64,000 bases of DNA from an uncultured bacterium (GCA_963766885.1 CAVYBO010000002.1:293048-357047); one strand, 5' to 3'; positions 9,411-19,572 are shown, counted from the first letter of the stretch. The notes: a model not told the origin generated them from the sequence alone. Translations and numbers: made by a program.

Positions 9411-10135
9411 TTCAAATTTTTGGAAAGAAATTCTAAAGTTTTTTTCCATGCGTCATCGGCTGCTTCTTTGTTATACATTCGCGTATTATTCTCATTCATA
9501 AAAGCATGACCGCAGTTTGGATACACGATTGCTTCAAAATTCTTATCAGCAATTTTCATATTTTCTTTGAGCTCTGGAAGTGTTTCTATAAGTCGCGTAT
9601 CTTGTTCTCCATAAAAAGCCAAAACCGGACAATTTAGATTTGGAATTTTGTCTTTCTCCAAAGGCTGTCCATAAAACGGCACTGAAGCTTTGATTCTTTG
9701 TTCTGCAGCTGCTAGCGCAAAGCTGTATGTACCGCCAAAACAAAATCCCAGAACTCCGATGTTGCCATTTACATTTTCATCATCCAAAAGATATTCAAAA
9801 CAGTCCTTAAGTTTATTGACAGCTTGCTTTGCAAATTCCGGACTTCTCATTGGACCAAACTGTTCGCGCATTTTCTTCTGCGCTTCGTCCCGGGTTTCTG
9901 GATCTTGAGCTTCTTTAAAAAGCTTTTCTCCCGCCAAACTTTCAAGTGGAGTATCAAAAAATAAATCTGGCGCAAGCACAGAGTAACCTTCCTTTGCAAA
10001 CCTGTCAGAAATATTTTTGATGTTTGGAATCAATCCCCAGATTTCGTGGATGACGATAAGCCCTGGATGCTTGCCTCCTTTGTCCGGATAAGAGTGATAC
10101 GCGGGAATATTTTTTATATTGACTGTTTTATTCAT
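9407..10135 (-). CDS. Dienelactone hydrolase family protein
   Basis: 242 aa. GLIVIHEIWGL and a GFCFGG nucleophile elbow typical of DLH-type alpha/beta hydrolases. Confidence 0.8.
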   Translation of the reverse strand: MNKTVNIKNIPAYHSYPDKGGKHPGLIVIHEIWGLIPNIKNISDRFAKEGYSVLAPDLFFDTPLESLAGEKLFKEAQDPETRDEAQKKMREQFGPMRSPEFAKQAVNKLKDCFEYLLDDENVNGNIGVLGFCFGGTYSFALAAAEQRIKASVPFYGQPLEKDKIPNLNCPVLAFYGEQDTRLIETLPELKENMKIADKNFEAIVYPNCGHAFMNENNTRMYNKEAADDAWKKTLEFLSKNLK

Positions 10136-10184
10136 GTTATTTATTATAAAAAAATTAACTGTTTTACCTATTAATTTGATTGTA

Positions 10185-11000
10185 TTACTTTGAAGTAAAT
10201 ATTACTCGCGCGGGTCCATCCGCTTGATTGTCTGAATAATCATAATCGTGGAGTGATGACATATACGTGTTGTAGTCGTAATAATGGTTCACTCCGTCAG
10301 TTTCATCGCCCGGGTCGTTCACAATAAATGAATTCTTGCCGTCATCATAACCGGCAATTACCGTTGAGTGATATGCGGAACCGTTCGGCAAAAATGGAAT
10401 ATCGGGATTATTAAGATCGAAGCCGTCATGAAATGCGATCACGGGATGTCCTTCGTTCAACTGCTCTTTTATCTGCTCGATTGTCGGATCGGTTACAATT
10501 GTGCCTTTGAAATCTGAATAATTATTAATTATATAAGCGCTCTCCTCCGCAGATTCATTGACATTTGAACCGTAAATTTTATCTTCAGCGGCAAAAAGTG
10601 TTTCCATAAACTGTTTGGCTTCTGACACGCTTGTCGTCGCAACGCCCGCATAATATTTATCCACCATGGTCATTGAGGCTTCTTCGCAGGCGTTTTTCCA
10701 AGGGCCAGTCCAATAGTTTCCTGGCGCTTCGGCCGCGTATGGCACGGCAAGCAAAACTTTTGCAGGCAGCGCATTTTTTGGAGTCGATGAGGCCGCTAAT
10801 GATTTTGCGCTTTGCAAATTATTTGGAGAAGCGTTTTGCGAAGACGATGCGGCAATAGAATCTTGACTTTGCGGCAAATGCTTGAACAATTCAAATAATC
10901 CCACTATGACAATGGCAGGAATAAGAAAAACAATCAGAAATGCTTTTAAATTCTTTTGCAACAAATAAATATTCGCGCTGTTAGACGAATTTTTGCTCAT
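10185..11000 (-). CDS. Membrane-anchored protein with a C39-like (papain-fold) peptidase domain
   Basis: 271 aa. N-terminal TM, Ser/Ala-rich linker, then WTGPWKNACEEAS ... HSTVIAGYDD...FIVNDPG, resembling a Peptidase_C39_2 Cys/His arrangement. Confidence 0.45.
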   Translation of the reverse strand: MSKNSSNSANIYLLQKNLKAFLIVFLIPAIVIVGLFELFKHLPQSQDSIAASSSQNASPNNLQSAKSLAASSTPKNALPAKVLLAVPYAAEAPGNYWTGPWKNACEEASMTMVDKYYAGVATTSVSEAKQFMETLFAAEDKIYGSNVNESAEESAYIINNYSDFKGTIVTDPTIEQIKEQLNEGHPVIAFHDGFDLNNPDIPFLPNGSAYHSTVIAGYDDGKNSFIVNDPGDETDGVNHYYDYNTYMSSLHDYDYSDNQADGPARVIFTSK

Positions 11001-11060
11001 ACACTTAAATAAAAAGACGATTGAAAATATTTGTTCTTACTTTTAAATAAGTTGAGGAAA

Positions 11061-12326
11061 TTAAATAAAAGTTATCGCCTTTCCTTTTTTGCCGGCGCGG
11101 CCGGTTCGGCCTATGCGGTGAACATAATCTTCGTATGTGGCAGGAATATCGTAGTTGATGACATGGCTCACGTCGCTCACGTCAATTCCACGAGCAGCAA
11201 CGTCTGTAGCCACCAAGACTTGAATGTGATTGTCCTTGAAGAGTCCTAAAGCTTTTTGCCTTTTGGATTGATTTTTGTTGCCGTGGATTGATTCTGCTTT
11301 GAAGCCTCTAGAAATAAGCTCCTTGCTTAATCTTTCAACTCCATGCTTGGTTTCTCCAAAGACAAGGACTTTTGTAAAACCATCTTTTAGAAGAAGTTCG
11401 TGAAGAACGTCAACTTTGTTTTTCCCCGCTTCAACTTTGACAACATCTTGATCCACGCTCTTTGCGGTGTCTCCAGTTTTTACAGAAATTGATACCGGCT
11501 CTTTCAAAAATTCTTTGATCAAAATTTCAATCTCGCGAGACATTGTTGCAGAGAAAAATAAAGTGTGGCGATCATGAGGCATTTTGGACATAAAAAACCT
11601 CATATCGTTCACAAATCCCATATCAAGCATTCTGTCAGCTTCATCAAGCACAACTGTTTTAAACAGCGAAAGATTCAAAGCCCTTTTTTCCACAAGGTCT
11701 TTGATTCTGCCTGGCGTTCCAATAACAAAGCTGTGCTGGCGTCTGAGGCCTGCAAGCTGTTTGGAAATCGGCGCTCCGCCGACAGCGCACACAGAAAATA
11801 TCGGCAGGTTTTTGGCAAAGCCGTAAAGCTCTTCTTCAATCTGCTGGGCCAGTTCGCGAGTTGGAACAGCTACAATTATTTTTTCCGATGAATTTTTTAA
11901 AACTTTATCAATTAACGGAATCAAAAACGCCGCGGTTTTGCCTGTGCCGGTGTTTGCAATTCCAACCAAGTCAACACCTTTGAGCACATGAGGAATAGCC
12001 CTGTCCTGAATCGGAGTCGGAGTTTTGTATCCTTTGGTTATGATATTTTCTTTCAGACGATGATCAATAACAAAATCCACAAAATTGTGCTCGGGTACAA
12101 AGTTTACTGTTTCTTCTGTGATAACAGCTTTATTTATAAACTTAGCAGGATCAATTGATCGTCTAAATCTACTGCCTCCGCCACCGCGACCGCCTTTGAA
12201 TCCTCCACCTCTTCCGCCACCAAAAGAACGTCCTTTTGAAGGACCTCTTGATGAGCCGCTACGTGAGGGTCCTCTAAAAGAAGAACCTCTATTACTGGAG
12301 TTTCCCCCAAAACTTTTTTTATACAT
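11061..12326 (-). CDS. DEAD-box ATP-dependent RNA helicase with an N-terminal Gly/Arg/Ser-rich tail
   Basis: Motifs ATGTGKTAAF (motif I), DEAD (LDEADRML), SAT, HRIGRTGRAG. The first approx. 60 aa are an RGG/GS-rich low-complexity region. Confidence 0.95.
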   Translation of the reverse strand: MYKKSFGGNSSNRGSSFRGPSRSGSSRGPSKGRSFGGGRGGGFKGGRGGGGSRFRRSIDPAKFINKAVITEETVNFVPEHNFVDFVIDHRLKENIITKGYKTPTPIQDRAIPHVLKGVDLVGIANTGTGKTAAFLIPLIDKVLKNSSEKIIVAVPTRELAQQIEEELYGFAKNLPIFSVCAVGGAPISKQLAGLRRQHSFVIGTPGRIKDLVEKRALNLSLFKTVVLDEADRMLDMGFVNDMRFFMSKMPHDRHTLFFSATMSREIEILIKEFLKEPVSISVKTGDTAKSVDQDVVKVEAGKNKVDVLHELLLKDGFTKVLVFGETKHGVERLSKELISRGFKAESIHGNKNQSKRQKALGLFKDNHIQVLVATDVAARGIDVSDVSHVINYDIPATYEDYVHRIGRTGRAGKKGKAITFI

Positions 12327-12516
12327 ATTATTAAACGCAGAAACTGCGTCTTTTCTAATCTTTAAAATAAAAGTAAGGCGATTAGATGTTCTCGCCAGTT
12401 TTTAAAGATTTTTAGCCCTCGAATCCGCACATTTGCGAACAAAACCAATGAGATTTAACTTACCTTTATATAATATACTAAAAATTGATTGATGTCAAAT
12501 TTATTTCCTAGTATGT

Positions 12517-12846
12517 TTAGTCATCAATATTTTTATTTTTCCCTAACACCCTAGCCCTAGCAAAAATTTTATGTATTTGTGATGGATTAAATCCTTGATC
12601 TATAAGCGTTTGCTGATAAGTCTGCTTTGACTCCGAATTGGTTATCTCATCATCTGCCCTAACTCCGACATCTATAGATACAGAATCTGATGAATCGGTT
12701 CCATTTTCAGTATCCGAGTCTCCAACAGCTTCCAACTGAGTTCTGACTTGTGGAACTTGAATTGTTTGAGCGCCAGCTTGATGAATACTGCTAAGCAAAA
12801 ACGTGGTTGCGATTGCCCCAGTGGCTAATATTTTTCTTTTTTTCAT
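12517..12846 (-). CDS. Small secreted hypothetical protein
   Basis: 109 aa with an N-terminal signal peptide (MKKRKILATGAIATTFLLSSIHQAGA) and an acidic S/D-rich body. Confidence 0.4.
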   Translation of the reverse strand: MKKRKILATGAIATTFLLSSIHQAGAQTIQVPQVRTQLEAVGDSDTENGTDSSDSVSIDVGVRADDEITNSESKQTYQQTLIDQGFNPSQIHKIFARARVLGKNKNIDD

Positions 12847-12938
12847 TGTTCTGTGTAATTATTTAATATTAATGTTCTAAGACACTCTTACTAATACGAA
12901 CGAAATAGGAATTTGTTTCAAATAGGGACACGAAAAAA

Positions 12939-13415
12939 TTATCTGTTTATTTCGACAAGCAGGACCCAAGCGTCAAACACAGCTTTACTGAAAGAGAAAA
13001 CAATAGCCAGCACAAGCCAATAGAAGCCGACAAGGCCTTGATTCAAGATTACGACACCAGAGATAACATATGGAAAAACGGCAAGCTCGGTTAATACCAT
13101 TTGCCAGAGAAATTCTTTTTTGTACTGTTTGTCCGTATTCCTGAGAATTCTCAAATCAAGCCTGAGTGTAGTAATCCAAACAACAAGACCTATGCCTAAA
13201 ATCTCAATGCCAATGAAAAGAACGGGCTGGCTTGGCACCAGGCAAAGTAAGGAGACGATCAAAACTGTAAGCATTAAAAGGATTGCCTGAAAAGCTCGGT
13301 CTGGCAATCGGGAAATGGAAATTATCCTGGTGAGATTGATAGACACGCCAACAAAGATGAGTCCTGTAAGAGCGGCCGCAGCACCGGCTATAGCGACAAA
13401 AAAATCATTCCACAT
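12939..13415 (-). CDS. Hypothetical integral membrane protein
   Basis: 158 aa with 4-5 TM helices. No recognisable domain. Confidence 0.4.
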   Translation of the reverse strand: MWNDFFVAIAGAAAALTGLIFVGVSINLTRIISISRLPDRAFQAILLMLTVLIVSLLCLVPSQPVLFIGIEILGIGLVVWITTLRLDLRILRNTDKQYKKEFLWQMVLTELAVFPYVISGVVILNQGLVGFYWLVLAIVFSFSKAVFDAWVLLVEINR

Positions 13416-13499
13416 ACATTTAATTATACCTCTCCCCTATAAATTCTTACAGGCCCGACTAAATCAAATGGAAATCTGGGAGTTGATTAAGTATGAAAA

Positions 13500-14276
13500 C
13501 TAAATCACTACCTTCGGATACATATAGGCGCTGAGCGCGGAGATTATTATTGCAGTCACAAAAAGAATTCCTATGTCAGTGCCGAGTCCTGCTGTGCTGC
13601 CGTTTATTAAGAGCGCTCGCAGTCCATTGACCATATAACTCAGCGGATTGACTTTGGCCACCACTTGGAGCCAGCCCGGCATTATGCTTATCGGATAAAT
13701 CGCGCTTGATGCAAAAAATAAAGGCAATGTGATGACTTGCCCAATTCCCATAAATCGTTCGCGAGTTTTTACAATTGAAGCAATAATCAAAGAAATTCCT
13801 GTAAAACAGCTCGCGCCAAGAATAACAATCACAATAACTCCAATAATTGAAAGAATATTTATATGAAGCCCAATACCGAGTATTAAAGCAAAAACGAGCA
13901 CGATAACCGCTTGGCAAAGTCCGCGCACTGCTGCAGAAAGCATCTTGCCCCAAACGATTGCAAGCCTTGGCGTTGGCGTAACCAAAAGTTTTTGAAGAGT
14001 TCCTGCGTCTCTATCCATAATAATGTAGAGTCCATAAAAAATCGCAACAAACGTGACCGATTGAGTCAGAATTCCTGGAGTAATGAATTGCAAATACGTT
14101 GCGCCTCCGGTTGGAATGGCACGAATTTTGCTCAGCGCTTCTCCAAAAATTCCAAGCCACAGAATCGGCTGCACTGCGCGAGAAATAAGTTCTGTTGGAT
14201 CATGAAAAAGCTTGCGAGTTTCCATCTCGGTGAGAATGTATGCTTTTTTGAAACTTTCTATAAAATATTTGATCAT
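13500..14276 (-). CDS. ABC-2 type transporter permease
   Basis: 258 aa, six TM helices, ABC-2 family topology. Its start overlaps the end of the ATPase gene upstream. Confidence 0.8.
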   Translation of the reverse strand: MIKYFIESFKKAYILTEMETRKLFHDPTELISRAVQPILWLGIFGEALSKIRAIPTGGATYLQFITPGILTQSVTFVAIFYGLYIIMDRDAGTLQKLLVTPTPRLAIVWGKMLSAAVRGLCQAVIVLVFALILGIGLHINILSIIGVIVIVILGASCFTGISLIIASIVKTRERFMGIGQVITLPLFFASSAIYPISIMPGWLQVVAKVNPLSYMVNGLRALLINGSTAGLGTDIGILFVTAIIISALSAYMYPKVVI

Positions 14277-14280
14277 AAAT

Positions 14281-15108
14281 TTATCCTAGTTTTTGCTCAT
14301 TGCGACGCATTCTTCTGGTTTCCTTAAAGCTTGCCGGCATATTTTCTTCCAATTCTTTGCCGGTAAAAAATATAAATGCTTCTTCAAGAGTTTTTGCGTT
14401 CGCTTTTTGTTTTAATTCCGTTGCTGTGCCGATTTCTGCAAGCTTGCCGCTGTGCATAATAGCCACACGACTTGAAACGCTTTCCGCTTCTTCCATTTGA
14501 TGGGTGGAAAAGAAAATCGTAGTTTTGTATTTATCTTTCAGTTCAAGCAAGTGCTCCCAGACATTTTGTTTGGCCAGAGGATCCAAGCCCGAAGTCGGCT
14601 CATCCAAAAACAAAACTTGCGGATGGTGGATTATTGCCTGCCCGACTTCTATGCGTCTAATCATTCCACCGGAAAAAGTTCGAACCAAAGAATCTGCATG
14701 TTTTTCCAATTTCATAAAAGAAAGTATTTCTGCAACTCTGTCTTTTCTGATTTTTGCTGGGACGTCATAAAGCCGCGCCATCAGCATCAAGTTTTCGTAG
14801 GCAGTCAAAGTGCCGTCAACAGAGATAAGCTGCGGCACATAGCCAATAGCGCGGCGGACTTCAGCCGGCTCCAAATTAATGTCATGTCCAGCCACAGTTC
14901 CCTGGCCGCTTGTGGACTTGATCAAAGTAATAAGCATTTTGATAGTTGTGGACTTGCCCGCGCCGTTTGGCCCAAGAAAAGCAAAAACTTCTCCCCTTTT
15001 TACAGAAAAAGAAATATTATCCACAGCTTTGAACTCTCCAAAACTTTTGGTCAGTCCTGAAACCTCGATTATTGTGCTATCTATTGTGCTCTTTGCCGAT
15101 TCGTTCAT
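14281..15108 (-). CDS. ABC transporter ATP-binding protein
   Basis: Walker A GPNGAGKST, signature LSGGMIRR, Walker B LFLDEPTSGLD. Confidence 0.95.
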   Translation of the reverse strand: MNESAKSTIDSTIIEVSGLTKSFGEFKAVDNISFSVKRGEVFAFLGPNGAGKSTTIKMLITLIKSTSGQGTVAGHDINLEPAEVRRAIGYVPQLISVDGTLTAYENLMLMARLYDVPAKIRKDRVAEILSFMKLEKHADSLVRTFSGGMIRRIEVGQAIIHHPQVLFLDEPTSGLDPLAKQNVWEHLLELKDKYKTTIFFSTHQMEEAESVSSRVAIMHSGKLAEIGTATELKQKANAKTLEEAFIFFTGKELEENMPASFKETRRMRRNEQKLG

Positions 15109-15170
15109 ATTTTTTTATTATATTACTAACTTCATACGAATTGAAGATTAATTTAGTTTCAAATTTGGGT

Positions 15171-15176
15171 TATAAT
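15171..15176 (+). promoter_or_regulatory. TATAAT -10 element 6 nt upstream of the bcp ATG (possible leaderless transcript)
   Basis: Exact TATAAT at 15171-15176 with the ATG at 15183. No SD sequence fits in the intervening 6 nt. Confidence 0.3.
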
Positions 15177-15182
15177 GTCAGT

Positions 15183-15626
15183 ATGTTAGAAACAAACACT
15201 ATCGCTCCTGATTTTAAACTCCCTGACCAAGACAACAAGACTCATTCCCTTTCCGATTATCGCGGCAATTATGTGCTTGTTTATTTTTATCCTAAAGACG
15301 ACACGGCAGGATGTACCAAAGAAGCCTGTACCATCCGCGATATGTACAAAGACTTTGAAAGCAATAATGTAAAAGTTTTTGGTATAAGCAAAGATTCAAC
15401 AGAAAGCCACAAAGAATTTGCCGAAAAATATCAGCTTCCGTTTACATTACTTGCAGATACTTCAGAAGAAGTCATCAAAAAATACGGAGCGGACGGCACG
15501 CTGTTTAACAAAAGAATTTCATATCTAATTGATCCAGAAGGAAAAATTGTCAAATCGTATCCAAAAGTTGATCCCACCGAACACGGCGACGAAATATTAA
15601 AAGATATTTACGCTCTGAAAAAATAA
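15183..15626 (+). CDS. bcp: Thiol peroxidase Bcp (peroxiredoxin Q-type)
   Basis: MLETNTIAPDFKLPDQDNKTHSLSDYRGNYVLVYFYPKDDTAGCTKEAC, with the catalytic Cys in an AhpC/TSA fold. Start taken at the internal ATG 15183, in frame with the 15072 ORF. Confidence 0.9.
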   Translation: MLETNTIAPDFKLPDQDNKTHSLSDYRGNYVLVYFYPKDDTAGCTKEACTIRDMYKDFESNNVKVFGISKDSTESHKEFAEKYQLPFTLLADTSEEVIKKYGADGTLFNKRISYLIDPEGKIVKSYPKVDPTEHGDEILKDIYALKK

Positions 15627-15639
15627 CAAGGTAGTATTA

Positions 15640-15668
15640 TTGACAAAACTCAAATAATTTGGTATTAT
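15640..15668 (+). promoter_or_regulatory. Near-consensus sigma70 promoter (TTGACA, 17 bp spacer, TGgTATTAT extended -10)
   Basis: TTGACA 15640-15645, a 17-nt spacer, then TGG + TATTAT at 15660-15668. A predicted approx. 120-nt leader precedes the 15798 ATG. Confidence 0.5.
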
Positions 15669-15797
15669 ATCGACTGAAATTCCTCTTGCACAAGTTGCTT
15701 TATTAACGTACAAATCTTGTCGGCCTGAAGCCGAATTAAGAGGGCCTGAAGCCCCGTTGGCAATAAGTGTGAGTTGGATAGTTAGAAAGTTAGTACC

Positions 15798-16469
15798 ATG
15801 AAAAACAGTGAAGTTTATTTCCTATTGAAAAAAGGACTCATCCCTGAGCACCTTCTAAATGGATGGAACAAGAGCAGAAGGTTTGACGATGATATGGAGC
15901 CTAAAGCCTCCGACTCGCAGATGAAATACCAAGTCGCTGCAGGCTGGTTCGCAACTATCATTAGCATAATCACGCCCGTGGTTATATCGCTTGATATGTT
16001 CGACCGCCAACAATACCACAGCTACCTCAACTGGAAGAATTGTGCCGTTGATGTCTTCATATGGTGTCTTTTTCTCATCGCGCTCTCAGCCTTCTGGAGA
16101 ATGGAGCGTGCCAAGAAAAGCATGTTCGGCGTCAAGCTGGTCAGACTGTACACGTTTTTGGCCACGACACTCCGGGATATCCTGACAGCAGAAAAGCAGG
16201 AACTGATCGACCGCGTCAACGTGCGATTGATTGGCAGAGCCTCGATGATTCTCTACGCCGAGAAAACATTCGGCAGAGACTCTGAGTCCGCTAACAAACT
16301 GCGGGAGTGGTTCAGAGAATGCCACAAGCTGTGCCTTGCATTCGGACTGGCTGAAGCGAAGTTCGATACTTATTACGAGCAAGCTTCACTCGATCACCCG
16401 ATTCTTTCTCCAGTGAATGAGGGCTGGATACGGGAACTCGAGCATGGCAAAATCATCACTGAACTGTAA
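15798..16469 (+). CDS. Hypothetical 2-TM protein, GC-rich relative to the genome (probable horizontal acquisition)
   Basis: 223 aa with two TM helices (approx. residues 45-65 and 80-100) and a C-terminal helical soluble region. Long ORFs in all overlapping frames (15991-16382) indicate much higher GC than neighbouring genes. Confidence 0.5.
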   Translation: MKNSEVYFLLKKGLIPEHLLNGWNKSRRFDDDMEPKASDSQMKYQVAAGWFATIISIITPVVISLDMFDRQQYHSYLNWKNCAVDVFIWCLFLIALSAFWRMERAKKSMFGVKLVRLYTFLATTLRDILTAEKQELIDRVNVRLIGRASMILYAEKTFGRDSESANKLREWFRECHKLCLAFGLAEAKFDTYYEQASLDHPILSPVNEGWIRELEHGKIITEL

Positions 16470-16493
16470 AAGGAGCGTTAAATCGTTCTCCAA

Positions 16494-16525
16494 CCCCATC
16501 TCGCAAGAGCTCTGGGGAATTTTTT
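16494..16525 (+). terminator. Intrinsic terminator (CCCCA-loop-TGGGG followed by a T run)
   Basis: Stem 16494-16498/16513-16517 followed by AATTTTTTAT. Sits between convergent genes. Confidence 0.45.
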
Positions 16526-16529
16526 ATAT

Positions 16530-17309
16530 TTAATTTTTATTTCTTTTCTCCGTTCTTCCCTTCAGCCACCAGACAGCAAGCGTGGTTGAGGTTGGCATTG
16601 CGATGATGAGTCCGATTGTGCCGACAAGCATACGGATTATTTCGCTGACCAAAGGTTCGTAATTCAATGTGTTATAAAGCGAGGCGCTACTGCCAGCATA
16701 AATTATTATCAAAGGAAAAGAAACTCCGGCATAAACTAAAAATAAAGTATTAATAATTGAACCGAGGTGCGCAATTCCCACTTTGTATGATTGATTATAA
16801 ATTTGTTTGCTCTCTGCGGCGGGATTGCTTTTTATGAATTCCAAAACAGTTGCAATTTGGGTGACAACCATTTCAGTCAAGATTCCAAGAGTGCCTAGCA
16901 TAATCCCAGCAATCAAAAGTTCTTGAAGATTTATTCCAGTAAGGCCGAGGAAACTGGCGTCTGTTGAAACAAGCCCCGTAAGCCCGGCCAAAGAAACCGA
17001 AAAATACGACAAAACACAAACAATCAAAAAATTAAGAGCCACAGCAATGACAGAAATATGGGACAAAACAGAAAACCCTTCTGTCAGATAAACTATGCAA
17101 AGCATAATTATCAAACCAGAAAAAAATATCACAAGTTCAGGATTGTAGTTGTGAACAATAAGCGGAGTGATGATCCAAATAATCGCAACGATTGTCAGAG
17201 CCAAAGAAAAAACCAATCTCAATCCTTTTTTTCCGCAGACAATAAAAAGCAGAATCAAAAATATTATCGATAACAAGAAAACCGTGGGTTCCATATTATT
17301 TTTTAGCAT
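16530..17309 (-). CDS. Polytopic membrane protein (YibE/F-like)
   Basis: 259 aa with about 8 TM helices. The arrangement and LGILTEMVVTQIA segment resemble the YibE/F family. Tentative. Confidence 0.4.
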   Translation of the reverse strand: MLKNNMEPTVFLLSIIFLILLFIVCGKKGLRLVFSLALTIVAIIWIITPLIVHNYNPELVIFFSGLIIMLCIVYLTEGFSVLSHISVIAVALNFLIVCVLSYFSVSLAGLTGLVSTDASFLGLTGINLQELLIAGIMLGTLGILTEMVVTQIATVLEFIKSNPAAESKQIYNQSYKVGIAHLGSIINTLFLVYAGVSFPLIIIYAGSSASLYNTLNYEPLVSEIIRMLVGTIGLIIAMPTSTTLAVWWLKGRTEKRNKN

Positions 17310-19158
17310 TTAAAAGCGACAATAAATTATACCTCACTGCTATGTCCGAAGCCTTGATCGTGTTTGACTCTTCGTCATACAAAGTTTTGCAGGAATCAGT
17401 TGGCAAAGTGTTATCTTTTGGAACGCTAAGGCACGTTCCATCCTCAAAAACGCCGTCCGCAGAAGCTGTGTACTTGAGACTTGGACTCAAAATAAATTTT
17501 ATCGCTCCAGTGCCGATGACTCTTTGGACTGCAACTGGAGTTTTGGTGCTAAAAAGATCCTGTCCGAGAGCTGTAATGGGATATTGAATTCCAAGTAAAC
17601 TTGCCGCGGTCGGATACAAATCCAAATGGCTTGCCGGTTCGGTTTCTATACCTTTAAACGTACTGTCGGGTGTCAGGACAATAAGCGGCACATGCTCGGT
17701 CTGCGAATCCGGCGTGCCAATGAAAGCTGTATGATCTCCAAAAATAAATATTATTGAATTTTGATAAAGACCGTCTTTTTTGAGGCTCGCGACAAAGTTC
17801 CCAAGCGCGGCATCGCTGTAGTGAATTGCTTCCAAATACTGCTCCTGCGTTGGAGTGAGATTTGTATTTTGAGGAATTTTCAAAGTCTCCAGATCGGCAG
17901 GCAGTGTAAAAGGAGTATGAGTGCTCAAGGTGATAAGGGTTGCCATAAACGGCTGTTTAAGCGCTTGAAGCTTTGGCAAAGACTGCGACAGGAAATCGGC
18001 ATCGCCCAAGTTTTCATATCCAACCGGACGCGGAATTGTGTAGGAGTCCTGGCTTATTTGATGTCCATAGCCGATTGGCGGATATGCATTGGATCGATTC
18101 CAAAATGTGGCAACATCCCCGTGCATGGCAACAGTTGTGTAGCCGTTATTATCCAAAAGCTTAGGCAGCGCATCTGTTTTGATGTTCGGTTCTGTGATAA
18201 AAACAACAGAATCAGGTAAAGGATAAAGCGAATTAAGAGTCGAAAATTCCGCGTCCGCGGTGTTGCCCACTCCGATTTGAGAATAATAATTTGTGAAATA
18301 TTTTCCTTGTTCTGAAAGGGCGGTTAAATTTGGCGCCACGTCTACTCCGTTTATTTTGTAGCCTATTACCCAATTTTCCAGAGATTCAACCTGGATAAAA
18401 ATCAGATTTTTGCCTTTGAATTTTCCAAACTCCACTCCCTCTGGAGGCAATGCCCTGGAATTTGCCCAACTGATAAGAAAATCTTTGTCTTTTGGACTTA
18501 TCTTGTGTGATCCAAAAAAATATTCTGCAAAACTTTCCAGATAGAAATTAACAACGCCCGCTTTGCCCACCAAAGTTGAGAGATTATACATTTCACTGTT
18601 ATCATAAAGCCTGCCTAAATCTCCGGAATCGGCTTCCTCATCTTTCAAAAGAATTCCATACCCAACACAAAAAATGATCATCATCAAAATGATTGTGACG
18701 ATTTTTTCTTTGACAGAAAGTTTTGCTTCTCTATCGATTTTCACCGCAAAAAATCCGATGATTAATAGAAAAATCGGACTTATAAATAAAAGCAGTTTGT
18801 AAGAAAGCAAAGTCTGAATTGTGCCAAAAAGGGTAAAGGCCTGTCCGGCGTATCCCAAGGACGAAGCTTCAAGAAATCCGTTTGAATATTTGTAATAAAG
18901 AAATTCGGAAACAAAAATCAAGGAAACGATTATAGAAACCAAAGACAAATACATGTACCTGAAATTTCTTTTGGAGAAAAACACTGCAGGGAAAAACAAA
19001 AGCATGCTTAAGCCGACCGATGCGGCAACTAGGCGCGGAAAATAATACTGATTTGCAAGATTGAGCCAGACATTAAAAAAATTTGTTTCTACTGCCAGCA
19101 AAACAGAGAGCACTATAGGCAGCCAAAAAAATTCAATCTGACGTTTAATAAATTGCAT
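17296..19158 (-). CDS. LtaS-like sulfatase-family membrane protein (phosphoglycerol transferase / lipoteichoic acid synthase family)
   Basis: 620 aa. Five N-terminal TM helices followed by an extracytoplasmic sulfatase / alkaline-phosphatase-fold domain (IFIQVESLENW..., HTPF). Confidence 0.8.
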   Translation of the reverse strand: MQFIKRQIEFFWLPIVLSVLLAVETNFFNVWLNLANQYYFPRLVAASVGLSMLLFFPAVFFSKRNFRYMYLSLVSIIVSLIFVSEFLYYKYSNGFLEASSLGYAGQAFTLFGTIQTLLSYKLLLFISPIFLLIIGFFAVKIDREAKLSVKEKIVTIILMMIIFCVGYGILLKDEEADSGDLGRLYDNSEMYNLSTLVGKAGVVNFYLESFAEYFFGSHKISPKDKDFLISWANSRALPPEGVEFGKFKGKNLIFIQVESLENWVIGYKINGVDVAPNLTALSEQGKYFTNYYSQIGVGNTADAEFSTLNSLYPLPDSVVFITEPNIKTDALPKLLDNNGYTTVAMHGDVATFWNRSNAYPPIGYGHQISQDSYTIPRPVGYENLGDADFLSQSLPKLQALKQPFMATLITLSTHTPFTLPADLETLKIPQNTNLTPTQEQYLEAIHYSDAALGNFVASLKKDGLYQNSIIFIFGDHTAFIGTPDSQTEHVPLIVLTPDSTFKGIETEPASHLDLYPTAASLLGIQYPITALGQDLFSTKTPVAVQRVIGTGAIKFILSPSLKYTASADGVFEDGTCLSVPKDNTLPTDSCKTLYDEESNTIKASDIAVRYNLLSLLNAKK

Positions 19159-19208
19159 TTGTAGTTTTTATTAATACGCCCAGACTCGTCATATAGTTTC
19201 GGAAAATA

Positions 19209-19568
19209 TTATATGGAAAGATCGCTCTCAGCGCTATTGACCGAAGACTGAACAAACTGCTTGGTCCACACTATTGCGTACCACACAGTAACAATCGTAG
19301 AAAGCGCCAAAAGAATTGAAGCGATTATTCCAATCATTCTGGCTTTTTGCTCTTTTGACTTCAGATACTTTCCACCGGGCCATTTGGAAACCATCACATA
19401 GCAAATTATCGGCAAAATAATACTGAAAGCATATATCCAGCACTGTGTCCAAAAAGAGGTAGAAAGCGGAGCCGAATTCAATTTGTTGCCGCAGTTCGGG
19501 CAAAAATACCATTCCGTCTTTGTAGGCTGATGGCAATAAGAACAAATCGTTTCGGTAGTTGATTCCAT
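19209..19568 (-). CDS. Zinc-ribbon membrane protein
   Basis: 119 aa. N-terminal CxxC-x11-CxxC (CSYCHQ...CPNCGNKL) followed by two TM helices. Confidence 0.5.
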   Translation of the reverse strand: MESTTETICSYCHQPTKTEWYFCPNCGNKLNSAPLSTSFWTQCWIYAFSIILPIICYVMVSKWPGGKYLKSKEQKARMIGIIASILLALSTIVTVWYAIVWTKQFVQSSVNSAESDLSI

Positions 19569-19572
19569 ATTT

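Noticed and set aside
12341-12370. Hairpin ACGCAG-aaa-CTGCGT plus T run as a plus-strand terminator
   Set aside because: No plus-strand gene lies upstream. It sits in the 5' UTR of the DEAD-box helicase on the other strand, so it is more likely a leader structure of that gene. Not annotated as a terminator.
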